Origin: a bacterium
GTDB taxonomy: Bacteria > Patescibacteriota > Microgenomatia > UBA8517
Length of the DNA: 64,000 nucleotides
Assembly: GCA_021824915.1 (NCBI GenBank)
Contig: JAKAJP010000018.1
Coordinates: 596-64,595, forward strand
Direction of reading: 5' to 3'
The position numbers and the translations under genes are program-made. How positions within the stretch are numbered: position 1 is the first letter of the stretch; each line of letters opens with the position of its first letter. Below the pieces are notes generated by a model. That model was given only the letters and a program-made list of their open reading frames with translations, ran no database searches and was not told the origin of the DNA. Shown here one piece after another: positions 56,355-64,000 of the stretch.

Positions 56355-59294
56355 ATGGCCGTCAAAAAGGCATATTTTGAACCAGTTGATCTTAAGGTTG
56401 ATTTTCCTGAAATGGAAAGGAAACTCTTGGCTAAATGGTATAAGTCAGGACTAGTCAAAAAATACCTCTCGAGAAACAGAGACTCCAAAAAATACTTCTC
56501 TTTCCTAGATGGACCGATTACAGCCAATAACCCCATGGGAGTTCACCATGCCTGGGGTAGAACTTATAAAGACCTTTGGCAGCGATGTAAGAACATGCAA
56601 GGATACAAAGAGAGGTTTCAAAATGGTTTTGATGCTCAGGGTCTTTGGGTTGAGGTTGAGGTTGAAAAGGAACTTGGCTTTAAGAATAAGCGCGATATTG
56701 AAAAATTTGGGGTGGCCAAGTTTGTCCAACTTTGTAAGGATCGGGTAAAAAAATATTCTGAAATTCAGACCGAACAAAGCAAACGTTTGGGTTACTTCAT
56801 GGACTGGGATAATTCTTACTACACATTAAGCGACGATAACAATTACATGATTTGGCATTTTTTGAAGGTAGCCTATGAGAATGGTTGGATTTATAAAGGC
56901 GCGGACTCTGTTCCTTGGTGCCCGAGATGCGAAACTGCAATTTCCCAGCATGAAATGCTGACCGAGGATTATAAAGAACTGACGCATGAATCCGTTTATT
57001 TAGCATTCCCCATTATTGGAAAGAATGATGAATATTTATTGGTATGGACAACGACTCCCTGGACGGTCCCCGCAAATATTGCGATAGCGGTTGATGTTGA
57101 TTTGGAGTATGCATTAGTACAAAAAGATAAATATAAATATTGGATTGCAAGAGAGGCGGTAGCCAGAGTTTTTGCTGGTGAAAAAATTAAAGAGCTTAAA
57201 GTTGTTAGAGGTGAGAAATTGGTTGGCTTGAAGTATAAAGGTGCCTTTGATGATCTTCCCAAGGTTAAGGAAGTTATGGTGGGCAAAAATGACAAGTTTC
57301 ATATTGTTGTTGCCACAGATAACCTGATTTTACCGGTAACAACCACCGAAGGGACCGGTATGGTTCACACAGCGGTTTCAGCAGGGTCGGAAGACTTTAA
57401 GCTTGGTAAAAAGATAGGTCTCCCAATGATCCCAATCATTAACGATGACGCTTCGTATATGGAAGGGCTTGGAATTTTCTCCGGTGCTAATGCCAAGAAA
57501 CATCCTGAGATTATTCTTGACTATCTTCGAGACCTTGATAGTAAGGGTGAACACTTTTATTACAAGGTTGAAAAGTATACTCACAGGTACCCGGCTTGCT
57601 GGAGATGTAAGACAGAGCTTGTCTGGAAGGTTACGGATGAATGGTACATTTCAATGGATAGGGGTGAACCCACTCTAAGACAAAGAATGATTGATGTTGC
57701 CCAGAAAATTAACTGGATTCCGGGTTTTGGCCTTGACCGCGAACTTGATTGGCTTTCTCATATGCATGATTGGCTTATTAGTAAGAAAAATCGATATTGG
57801 GGTCTCGCTCTCCCCATTTGGGAATGTAAAAAATGTGGTCACTTTGAGGTAATAGGTTCCAAAGAGGAGTTGAAAGAAAAGGCGGTTGAGGGCTGGAAAG
57901 AATTTGACGGAGAAAGTCCGCATAAACCCCAAATTGATGCAGTCAAAATAAAGTGTTCAAAATGTGGCCAAGTGGTCTCACGAATTGAGCCGGTTGGTAA
58001 TCCCTGGCTTGACGCCGGAATTGTTGCTTTTTCAACAATCAGTGAGAATAATAAAGCAGCCAATTTTTCACCGACGAAGACTAAACCCCTATACGAATCC
58101 AATAAAGAAATCTGGGCTAACTGGATTCCGGCGGATTTTATTACCGAAAGTTTCCCCGGTCAGTTTAAGAATTGGTTTTACGCATTGATTGCGATGAGTA
58201 CAGTCTTGGAAAACAAAGCTCCAATGAAAACTGTTTTGGGTTTTGGAACAATGGTAGACGAAAACGGTAGACCGTTTCACAAGTCGACAGGTAATGCAAT
58301 TGAGTTTGTCGAGGGGGCAAACAACGCCGGCGCGGATGTCATCAGATGGTTTTGTGCAAGAACTGATCCCGCTCAAAATGTTCTATTCGGATATAAAAGT
58401 GCCGATGAAATAAGAAGAAAATTCCATTTGAAACTTTGGAATGTTTATAACTTTTTTGTGACATATGCGAATTTGGATGGTTGGGTACCCACCAAAACTA
58501 AGTTGGTAAAGCCTAAAAGCACAAATGTTTTGGATAAATGGATATTGGTTAGATTGAGTAGCGTGATTGGCTCTGTCACCGCAAGTTTGGAAAAATTTGA
58601 TGCTTTCGGAGCGTCCTTAGAAATTGAGAAATTTGTCGACGACCTTTCGCTCTGGTATATAAGGCGTTCGAGAGATAGGGTTGGGCCGGCTGCCGAATCG
58701 CAAAAAGATAAAGAAGCTTTTTACGATACAACTTACTATATACTACTAACTCTTTGTAAGCTTCTTGCTCCTTTTACCCCGTTTATTTCCGAAATCATTT
58801 ACTCAAATCTTACAAGGGAAACTTCGGTTCATCTTGCGGATTGGCCACAGCCTTTCAAAATTACTAACGACTCGATTGTTGGTGAAATGGAAATGGCAAG
58901 AAACGTAGTTGAGACAGCCCACGCCAAAAGGCGCGAAAAACAAATTTCAGTCAAGCAACCATTGATGTCGTTTTCGAGCACTTCTGAAGCGGTATCCAAA
59001 AATGTTGAGGATCTTATAAAAGACGAGATAAATGTAAAGAAGATTGTTTGGAAAGCAAAAACTAATAAATTTGATACAAAAGTAACCCGCGAGCTTGAGG
59101 ACGAATTGTACGTTCGGGATTTGGTAAGAAAAATTCAGGATAGAAGGAAGGAGATGGGGTTAAATTTGACTCAAAGAGTTGAAGTTAGAATAGAGACGCT
59201 ACCGGTGAATAAAAAATTGGTTAACTGGATGATGAAAAAAGCCCAAATTTCAAAATTGGGCAAGGGCAAATTTAGTGTGACAAAGTTCTCCTAA
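56355..59294 (+). CDS. ileS: Isoleucine--tRNA ligase, type 2 (archaeal/eukaryote-like)
   Basis: HIGH-variant 'MGVHHAWGRT', 'WTTTPWTVPANIAIAV' editing-domain signature, KMSKS-variant 'FHKSTGN', and Zn-finger Cys pairs 'CPRCET' and 'CWRCKT'. Confidence 0.9.
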   Translation: MAVKKAYFEPVDLKVDFPEMERKLLAKWYKSGLVKKYLSRNRDSKKYFSFLDGPITANNPMGVHHAWGRTYKDLWQRCKNMQGYKERFQNGFDAQGLWVEVEVEKELGFKNKRDIEKFGVAKFVQLCKDRVKKYSEIQTEQSKRLGYFMDWDNSYYTLSDDNNYMIWHFLKVAYENGWIYKGADSVPWCPRCETAISQHEMLTEDYKELTHESVYLAFPIIGKNDEYLLVWTTTPWTVPANIAIAVDVDLEYALVQKDKYKYWIAREAVARVFAGEKIKELKVVRGEKLVGLKYKGAFDDLPKVKEVMVGKNDKFHIVVATDNLILPVTTTEGTGMVHTAVSAGSEDFKLGKKIGLPMIPIINDDASYMEGLGIFSGANAKKHPEIILDYLRDLDSKGEHFYYKVEKYTHRYPACWRCKTELVWKVTDEWYISMDRGEPTLRQRMIDVAQKINWIPGFGLDRELDWLSHMHDWLISKKNRYWGLALPIWECKKCGHFEVIGSKEELKEKAVEGWKEFDGESPHKPQIDAVKIKCSKCGQVVSRIEPVGNPWLDAGIVAFSTISENNKAANFSPTKTKPLYESNKEIWANWIPADFITESFPGQFKNWFYALIAMSTVLENKAPMKTVLGFGTMVDENGRPFHKSTGNAIEFVEGANNAGADVIRWFCARTDPAQNVLFGYKSADEIRRKFHLKLWNVYNFFVTYANLDGWVPTKTKLVKPKSTNVLDKWILVRLSSVIGSVTASLEKFDAFGASLEIEKFVDDLSLWYIRRSRDRVGPAAESQKDKEAFYDTTYYILLTLCKLLAPFTPFISEIIYSNLTRETSVHLADWPQPFKITNDSIVGEMEMARNVVETAHAKRREKQISVKQPLMSFSSTSEAVSKNVEDLIKDEINVKKIVWKAKTNKFDTKVTRELEDELYVRDLVRKIQDRRKEMGLNLTQRVEVRIETLPVNKKLVNWMMKKAQISKLGKGKFSVTKFS

Positions 59295-59299
59295 ACTAA

Positions 59300-60328
59300 A
59301 TGCGGGATGTTTTTTTGGTGATAGCTATAGCCTTTTTGATTTTCTTAAGTGTTTTTATCCTTAAGGCAATCGCTCCAAGTCTTTTTCCGTTTTATTTTGT
59401 TTATATTGCGGTGGGTATAGTCACCTTTTTGATCTTTTCGAAGGTCGGATTTGAGGTTACTTCAATTTTTTCTAAGCATTTTTATATTTTTTCGATTTTT
59501 CTTTTAATTCTGACACTAATCATTGGGAGAGTGACTAGAGGTGCGGTTCGTTGGATTCCAATCGGGGCCTTTACTGTTCAAGCTGCTGAAATTGTTCGAC
59601 CTTTTCTTCTTCTTTTTTTTGCGGTCTTTCTAACTCAAAAATCAGTTAGTCTTAAAAGGTTTCTTATTGCACTGGTTTTACTTGCTATTCCCTCACTTTT
59701 GATTTTAATACAACCATCTCTGGGAGTAACTGTTCTTACAGTTATTGGTTTCTTGGGGGTAATGCTTGCCTCGAAATTTGACAAAAAGTACATTCTTTGG
59801 GGGATATTGGGAATGTTGGTCCTTTTACCTATTGTCTGGCTGGTTATGGCTCCGTACCAAAGGGGGCGGGTTGTTACTTTTTTGGATCCAGCCAGCGATC
59901 CCTTGGGAGCCGGTTATAATAGTCTTCAATCAACAATCTCGGTGGGATCGGGAAAACTCACAGGGATGGGTCTTGGTAGAGGTATTCAAACTCAACTTTC
60001 ATTTTTACCGGAAAAACAGACAGATTTTGTCTTTGCTGCAGTAGCTGAAGAATTGGGGTTTACAGGTGTAATACTGATGCTTATGGCTATTTTTGTAGTC
60101 CTATACCGGTTGACCGTTTATATGGAGAACGTCGTAAGTCCTACCGCCCGGGCATATGTTTCGGGTCTATTTTTGACACTTCTGGCTCAGGTTTTTACCC
60201 ATGTGGGTATGAATTTGGGAATGTTACCCATTACCGGGCTCCCATTTCCTTTGGTTTCGGCGGGCGGTTCTTCGTTCCTTGCCACAATGATTGGGTTGGG
60301 GATTGCAGTTGGAGCCTATAAAAAGTAA
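59300..60328 (+). CDS. rodA: SEDS-family protein (RodA/FtsW paralogue)
   Basis: 'DPASDPLGAGYN', 'VGSGKLTGMGLGRGIQ' and 'LPEKQTDFVFAAVAEELGFTG' SEDS motifs. It is a second SEDS gene outside the dcw cluster. Confidence 0.75.
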   Translation: MRDVFLVIAIAFLIFLSVFILKAIAPSLFPFYFVYIAVGIVTFLIFSKVGFEVTSIFSKHFYIFSIFLLILTLIIGRVTRGAVRWIPIGAFTVQAAEIVRPFLLLFFAVFLTQKSVSLKRFLIALVLLAIPSLLILIQPSLGVTVLTVIGFLGVMLASKFDKKYILWGILGMLVLLPIVWLVMAPYQRGRVVTFLDPASDPLGAGYNSLQSTISVGSGKLTGMGLGRGIQTQLSFLPEKQTDFVFAAVAEELGFTGVILMLMAIFVVLYRLTVYMENVVSPTARAYVSGLFLTLLAQVFTHVGMNLGMLPITGLPFPLVSAGGSSFLATMIGLGIAVGAYKK

Positions 60329-60343
60329 AATACAGGCATTGTT

Positions 60344-60652
60344 ATGAAATACGCGGTTGTTAGAATTAGTGGAAGTCAGTATAGAGTCACCGAAGGCGAG
60401 GAGATTTTGGTGAATAAACTCCCCGATCCAAAGAAATTTGAGGCCGAGGTGCTTTTGGTTGTTGACGGAGAAAAAGTTTCTGTCGGAAAGCCAGTAGCCT
60501 CTGGTTCAAAAGTTACTTTCAAAGTGATTAGTGAAGTGGAAAAAGGGGATAAAGTTGATGTTTATAAGTTTAAGGCAAAAAGCAGGTATAGAAAACACAC
60601 CGGTTTTACACCAAGATTTACACGACTTCTGGTTCAAAGTATAACTTTCTGA
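60344..60652 (+). CDS. rplU: 50S ribosomal protein L21
   Basis: 'MKYAVVRISGSQYRVTEGEEILVNKL' L21 N-terminus. Confidence 0.9.
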   Translation: MKYAVVRISGSQYRVTEGEEILVNKLPDPKKFEAEVLLVVDGEKVSVGKPVASGSKVTFKVISEVEKGDKVDVYKFKAKSRYRKHTGFTPRFTRLLVQSITF

Positions 60653-60657
60653 TCATC

Positions 60658-60686
60658 TTGACAACTGTGAAAAGTCAAGATATATT
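60658..60686 (+). promoter_or_regulatory. Sigma70-like promoter candidate TTGACA-(17 nt)-TATATT between rplU and rpmA, overlapping a 6-bp inverted repeat CTTGAC/GTCAAG
   Basis: Seen directly: TTGACA at 60658-60663 and TATATT at 60681-60686 with a 17-bp spacer, 12 nt before the rpmA ATG. Confidence 0.3.
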
Positions 60687-60697
60687 GCACTAGACAT

Positions 60698-60949
60698 ATG
60701 TCCACACACAAAGCTGCAGGAAAAGCTTCCCAACACGTAAGCCCGGCAGGAAAAAGGCTGGGAATAAAAAAATCTGATGGATCAAAAGTTACTCCGGGTA
60801 TGATTATTATCAGGCAACGAGGGTCACAAATTAGGCTTGGTAGAGGAGTGGCAATGGGGCGAGATCATACAATTTATGCAGTAGTTAAAGGAGTTGTAAA
60901 ATTCGGGAAAAAATTGGGAAGAAAGTTCGTAGGAGTTGTAACTAAATAG
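60698..60949 (+). CDS. rpmA: 50S ribosomal protein L27
   Basis: 'HKAAGKASQHVSPAGKRLGIKKSDGSKVTPGMIIIRQRGSQIRLGRGVAMGRDHTIYA' L27 core. Confidence 0.9.
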   Translation: MSTHKAAGKASQHVSPAGKRLGIKKSDGSKVTPGMIIIRQRGSQIRLGRGVAMGRDHTIYAVVKGVVKFGKKLGRKFVGVVTK

Positions 60950-60950
60950 T

Positions 60951-61787
60951 ATGGCGGAAGAAGTAATTCAATTAGAGATTTCGCAGCTTCAACCAAATCC
61001 ACTTCAACCGCGTGGTGCAATAACTCCAGAATCATTAGTTGATTTAGTCGATTCAATTCGCGAGCATGGCATTTTGGAGCCATTAGTGGTTGCTAAAACT
61101 CCTGCTGGTTATCAAATTGTGGCCGGAGAGAGGCGTTGGAGAGCAGCAAAATTAGCAGGTTTAACTCATGTTCCGGCAATTATCCGTGAAACAAGCCCTA
61201 AGGGCATGCTTGAAATGGCTCTTGTGGAGAATGTCCAAAGGGTTGATCTTAATCCCCTTGATCGTGCAAAGGGTTTTGAAAGATTGATGAACGAATTCGG
61301 TCTTACCACAAGTGAGATTGCTGTAAGAATTGGAAAATCGGTTGCTTATGTAAGTAATTCCCTGAGACTTCTCTCTCTGCCTGACGCACTTAAAGATGGT
61401 CTTCTTTCAGGGCTTATCTCTGAAGGTCATGCAAGGGCGCTAGCGGCAATTGATGACCCTGCACTAATGATTGAAGCCTATAAAATTGTGCTTCGCGAGA
61501 GCGGAAGTGTAAGACGTGCTGAGGAGCTCGCCAGACGGATGAAGGCTAAAAGTCAACAGGAAGCCAAAAAGACAATCTCTCAAATTAGAGTTGTTTCTGA
61601 GGAACTTGATCGTATGCAGCAGGAATTTGAAACCGCCTTGAGTAATGGTGTAAGCGATGATGCTAAAAAGACTTCCGTAAAGCTTATTAGGTCCAGGCGA
61701 GAGACAAGGTTGGTATTTATATTTAAGGGCGGTTTGGACGAAACAGAAGACAGGCTTCAGAAGATGTACAAAGCTTTAACTCAGTAG
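60951..61787 (+). CDS. parB: ParB/Spo0J-family partition or nucleoid-binding protein
   Basis: ParB box 'GILEPLVVAKTPAGYQIVAGERRWRAAKLAGL' and an HTH 'TTSEIAVRIGKSVAYVSNSLRLL'. Confidence 0.8.
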   Translation: MAEEVIQLEISQLQPNPLQPRGAITPESLVDLVDSIREHGILEPLVVAKTPAGYQIVAGERRWRAAKLAGLTHVPAIIRETSPKGMLEMALVENVQRVDLNPLDRAKGFERLMNEFGLTTSEIAVRIGKSVAYVSNSLRLLSLPDALKDGLLSGLISEGHARALAAIDDPALMIEAYKIVLRESGSVRRAEELARRMKAKSQQEAKKTISQIRVVSEELDRMQQEFETALSNGVSDDAKKTSVKLIRSRRETRLVFIFKGGLDETEDRLQKMYKALTQ

Positions 61788-62335
61788 CTTATTTTTTTAA
61801 CTACTCCAGCGAGATTTGGCGGCCAGTAAACGACCCATGCGCGTCCAGTGATTTTATTTGGCGTTATGGGACCCCAAGAACGTGAATCTGAGGAGTGCTC
61901 GCGGTTATCACCCATTACAAATAGTTCTCCGGGTTTAACGGTATATTCAACTCCTTCCGCCAGAAAATCTCCTCCGGAGGTATAGACATCAGATGACAGA
62001 TATTTACTTTCATCAAGAAGTTGGCCGTTGATATAGACTCTGCCGTTTCTAACCATAACACGTTCTCCGGGGAGCCCTATTACTCTTTTTATGAACTCAT
62101 CGGAATCGCTTATTGGGGGTTGAAAGACAACAACATCACCCCGCTGGGGCTTATGTAAATAGTAGGTGACTTTTTCAGTAAGCAAATATTCAGCATCCGG
62201 AAAGTTTGGTTCCATAGATTGGCCCTTAATTTTGTGGGGTCGCATAATAAGAAGATAAACGAAGAAAAAGATGCCTATGGCAAAGACAATAACCTCCAAA
62301 ACATCCAAAAAAAATGCGCCGAGACGCTTGAGCAT
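61781..62335 (-). CDS. lepB: Signal peptidase I
   Basis: N-terminal TM, catalytic Ser box 'KGQSMEPNF', Lys box 'GDVVVFQPP', and 'GDNREHSSDSRSWG' box E. Confidence 0.85.
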   Translation of the reverse strand: MLKRLGAFFLDVLEVIVFAIGIFFFVYLLIMRPHKIKGQSMEPNFPDAEYLLTEKVTYYLHKPQRGDVVVFQPPISDSDEFIKRVIGLPGERVMVRNGRVYINGQLLDESKYLSSDVYTSGGDFLAEGVEYTVKPGELFVMGDNREHSSDSRSWGPITPNKITGRAWVVYWPPNLAGVVKKISY

Positions 62336-62640
62336 AACTTAATTATGTTTTGTTTACCGGAGATTTACAAGGAGTATTTAATCCCAAGTATGACCCATTT
62401 CCATTTTGGTGGGGTGTGTTTCAGTCGTTGGCTTCCTTAGAATATTTCTAATTTTAACCTTTACTTTTTGTGGAATATCTTTGATTGCATCAGTGTGCAC
62501 GATGCTTGCATTTGGGTTGGTTGGTGCTTGTCTATGTAGGTCGCAATCTTTACACACAAGGGTAATAATCTTACAACCTGCTTTTTGTGTCAAGACTTAA
62601 TTTAAGGTTGGTAGAATGTTAGAATATAAGATTAGTACCT

Positions 62641-62714
62641 GCTCGAATAGCTCAGTTGGCTAGAGCGTTGCATTCACATTGCAAAGGTCCCTGGTTCGAG
62701 TCCAGGTTCGAGCA
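62641..62714 (+). tRNA. tRNA-Val (anticodon CAC)
   Basis: Hand-folded cloverleaf. 7-bp acceptor stem GCTCGAA/TTCGAGC, D-arm GCTC-AGTTGGCTA-GAGC, anticodon arm TTGCA-TTCACAT-TGCAA (anticodon CAC), T-arm CCTGG-TTCGAGT-CCAGG, discriminator A. CCA is not encoded. Confidence 0.85.
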
Positions 62715-62715
62715 C

Positions 62716-63384
62716 ATGACCAAGAAACTAGTTTTTTATGCGGTCTGGATTTTTTTAGTCCTATTTGGTTTGTATGTAGTAAAGGCTAATACTAACTTGG
62801 CCCCGGTGCTTCATAGCCGTTCCGCTTTGGCCAATCTTTCACAGAGAATTTTTGGAATACTTGTTTATATTTTGATGTTTTGGCAGATAATTTTGGGGGC
62901 CAACATGGAGTGGTGGACGGAAAAATTTGGGGGTTGGGTATTCAAGTTTCATGTTTACGAAGGGGTCTTTATATATTTGTTTATACTAGCCCACACTTTT
63001 TCATTTGTTCTTTTTAATTATTTTCTTTATCACAGATTTGACCCCATGTTTGTTTATCTTGATGCGTGTTTGCTTTGTAAAACATCGCTCGACTATTTTT
63101 ATACGATTGGGAGAATTAACTTCTGGCTAATCACAATCACTGTCTTTGCCGGGCTTTTTAGGGCATCAACTCCTTTTATGAGAGCAAATTGGAGAAAGTT
63201 CCATGTATTGAATTATTTGATCTTTCTTCTTGTAGGAGTGCATGCTTATTTTCTGGGAACCGATTTTTCAACCAAGCCTTTCTTTTATTTCGCAGTTTTT
63301 GCCTATGTGGCAGTTTTGTATATTATTATCTTCAGAAAACTTCCGGAGTTAATAAAAAATTTTCTATCTTGGGTTAGAGTTTAA
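62716..63384 (+). CDS. Polytopic membrane protein with paired intramembrane His residues (possible ferric-reductase/MsrQ-like heme-binding TM domain)
   Basis: About 222 aa and 6 TM helices. His pairs lie in 'FHVYEGVFIYLFILAH' and 'FHVLNYLIFLLVGVHAY'. The ORF-track start at 62656 lies inside the tRNA, so the ATG at 62716 is used. Confidence 0.35.
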   Translation: MTKKLVFYAVWIFLVLFGLYVVKANTNLAPVLHSRSALANLSQRIFGILVYILMFWQIILGANMEWWTEKFGGWVFKFHVYEGVFIYLFILAHTFSFVLFNYFLYHRFDPMFVYLDACLLCKTSLDYFYTIGRINFWLITITVFAGLFRASTPFMRANWRKFHVLNYLIFLLVGVHAYFLGTDFSTKPFFYFAVFAYVAVLYIIIFRKLPELIKNFLSWVRV

Positions 63385-64000
63385 TTCAAGATATCTTCTT
63401 GTGGGTTTTCCAAAGAAAAATTGAGAGTTTTGAAATTGGGTGCAAAACCCTTGATATTATATTCCTTGTATTTAACATCCCCGTTTGGCAGAAATTGAGC
63501 AACAATAAATAAGGTATTATTTGATAACGGAAGCAAATTTAATCTGTAAGACCCAGATTTTGGATTATTAAAACTTACCATACCATTATTACTAATTCTA
63601 CGATTACCCTTCTGATCCGTAATTACAAAGTTTGACGGATAACCGATTATTATGAGCGAAGATTTTAGTTCGGAATTGAGCGGTGATAATTGAACATGGA
63701 ATGTTCCCAGAAATTTTAGTATTTCGGTCATTCCCTCCATAGAACTAACTAATCCTGAATGCGTTTGATTCATTGTTATGTTGTCTGCGCCGTCAAGGCG
63801 ACTGCTTATTCCTAAAACTGTGCCGTCTCCTTCTCGAGAAAATATTTTACTTGCCGGTTTACCATCTAACCAAAGATTGAAGCCTACCTCTCTTTTATTT
63901 GCTGGTTTTAGTGAGATTTCGGATAGGGTGTCATATCCATTTCCTGAAAGAGTTTTTACGTTTAAGCCGCTGGGAAGTGTGAAACCGGAATTTGCCCATG
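63381..64000 (-). CDS. Hypothetical protein (Asn/Ser-rich, likely secreted); N-terminus lies beyond the window end
   Basis: My manual translation of the minus strand shows no stop between 63774 and 64000, so the ORF-track Met at 63773 is internal and the gene is truncated by the window. Confidence 0.35.
   Translation of the reverse strand, partial: WANSGFTLPSGLNVKTLSGNGYDTLSEISLKPANKREVGFNLWLDGKPASKIFSREGDGTVLGISSRLDGADNITMNQTHSGLVSSMEGMTEILKFLGTFHVQLSPLNSELKSSLIIIGYPSNFVITDQKGNRRISNNGMVSFNNPKSGSYRLNLLPLSNNTLFIVAQFLPNGDVKYKEYNIKGFAPNFKTLNFSLENPQEDILN

Noticed and set aside
62406-62600. Plus-strand 64-aa ORF in the lepB-tRNA intergenic region
   Set aside because: It is hydrophobic and low-complexity with no start context, and it overlaps the equally doubtful antisense ORF. 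It is most likely non-coding.
1-64000. CRISPR arrays, rRNA genes, IS elements/transposases, integrases
   Set aside because: I scanned for direct-repeat/spacer periodicity, rRNA conserved blocks and DDE/tyrosine-recombinase motifs in all listed ORFs and found none.

Overview
This 64 kb window is gene-dense (about 60 CDSs, mostly on the + strand, many with ATGA or 4 to 30 nt start/stop overlaps). Its content resembles a small, streamlined bacterial genome, possibly a Patescibacteria/CPR-like organism. That taxonomic call is an inference from gene content, the single-chain glyQS, the eukaryote-like type-2 IleS, and overall compactness. All protein calls come from motifs I recognise in the supplied translations; no database search was run. 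The window has four blocks. (1) Positions 1-15.9 kb hold a large surface-glycan biosynthesis locus. It contains five GT4 and two GT2 glycosyltransferases, two GT-C/PMT-ArnT-like membrane glycosyltransferases (one truncated at the window start), a hexapeptide acetyltransferase, a Wzy/WaaL-like polymerase-ligase, ManC, a polyprenyl-phosphate sugar phosphotransferase and a 690-aa membrane-anchored exoprotein. (2) Positions 15.9-27.5 kb hold recO followed by a tightly translationally coupled five-gene operon that I regard as a candidate previously undescribed defence or DNA-processing system. Its genes are a PLD-nuclease-SNF2 helicase fusion, a 1137-aa gamma-class N6-adenine methyltransferase (Eco57I/PglX/DrmMI-like), a UvrD-family SF1 helicase, a Cas4/RecB-like PD-(D/E)xK nuclease with a Cys cluster, and a membrane-anchored trypsin-like protease. 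(3) Positions 27.5-36.9 kb hold a metal-type ABC importer lacking a binding protein, a VKOR homologue, a DEDDy exonuclease, a cupin, an LCP protein, TspO, glyQS and several hypotheticals. (4) Positions 37.1-55.6 kb hold an extended dcw (division/cell-wall) cluster: mraZ-rsmH-ftsL-ftsI-murA-murE::glmU(NT)fusion-murC-murB-murD-murI-murF-mraY-ftsW-murG-ftsQ-ftsA-ftsZ. It is followed by ileS, a SEDS (RodA-like) protein, rplU, rpmA, parB, lepB on the minus strand, a tRNA-Val(CAC), a poly-His membrane protein and a 3'-truncated minus-strand ORF. I found no rRNA, CRISPR array or transposase.
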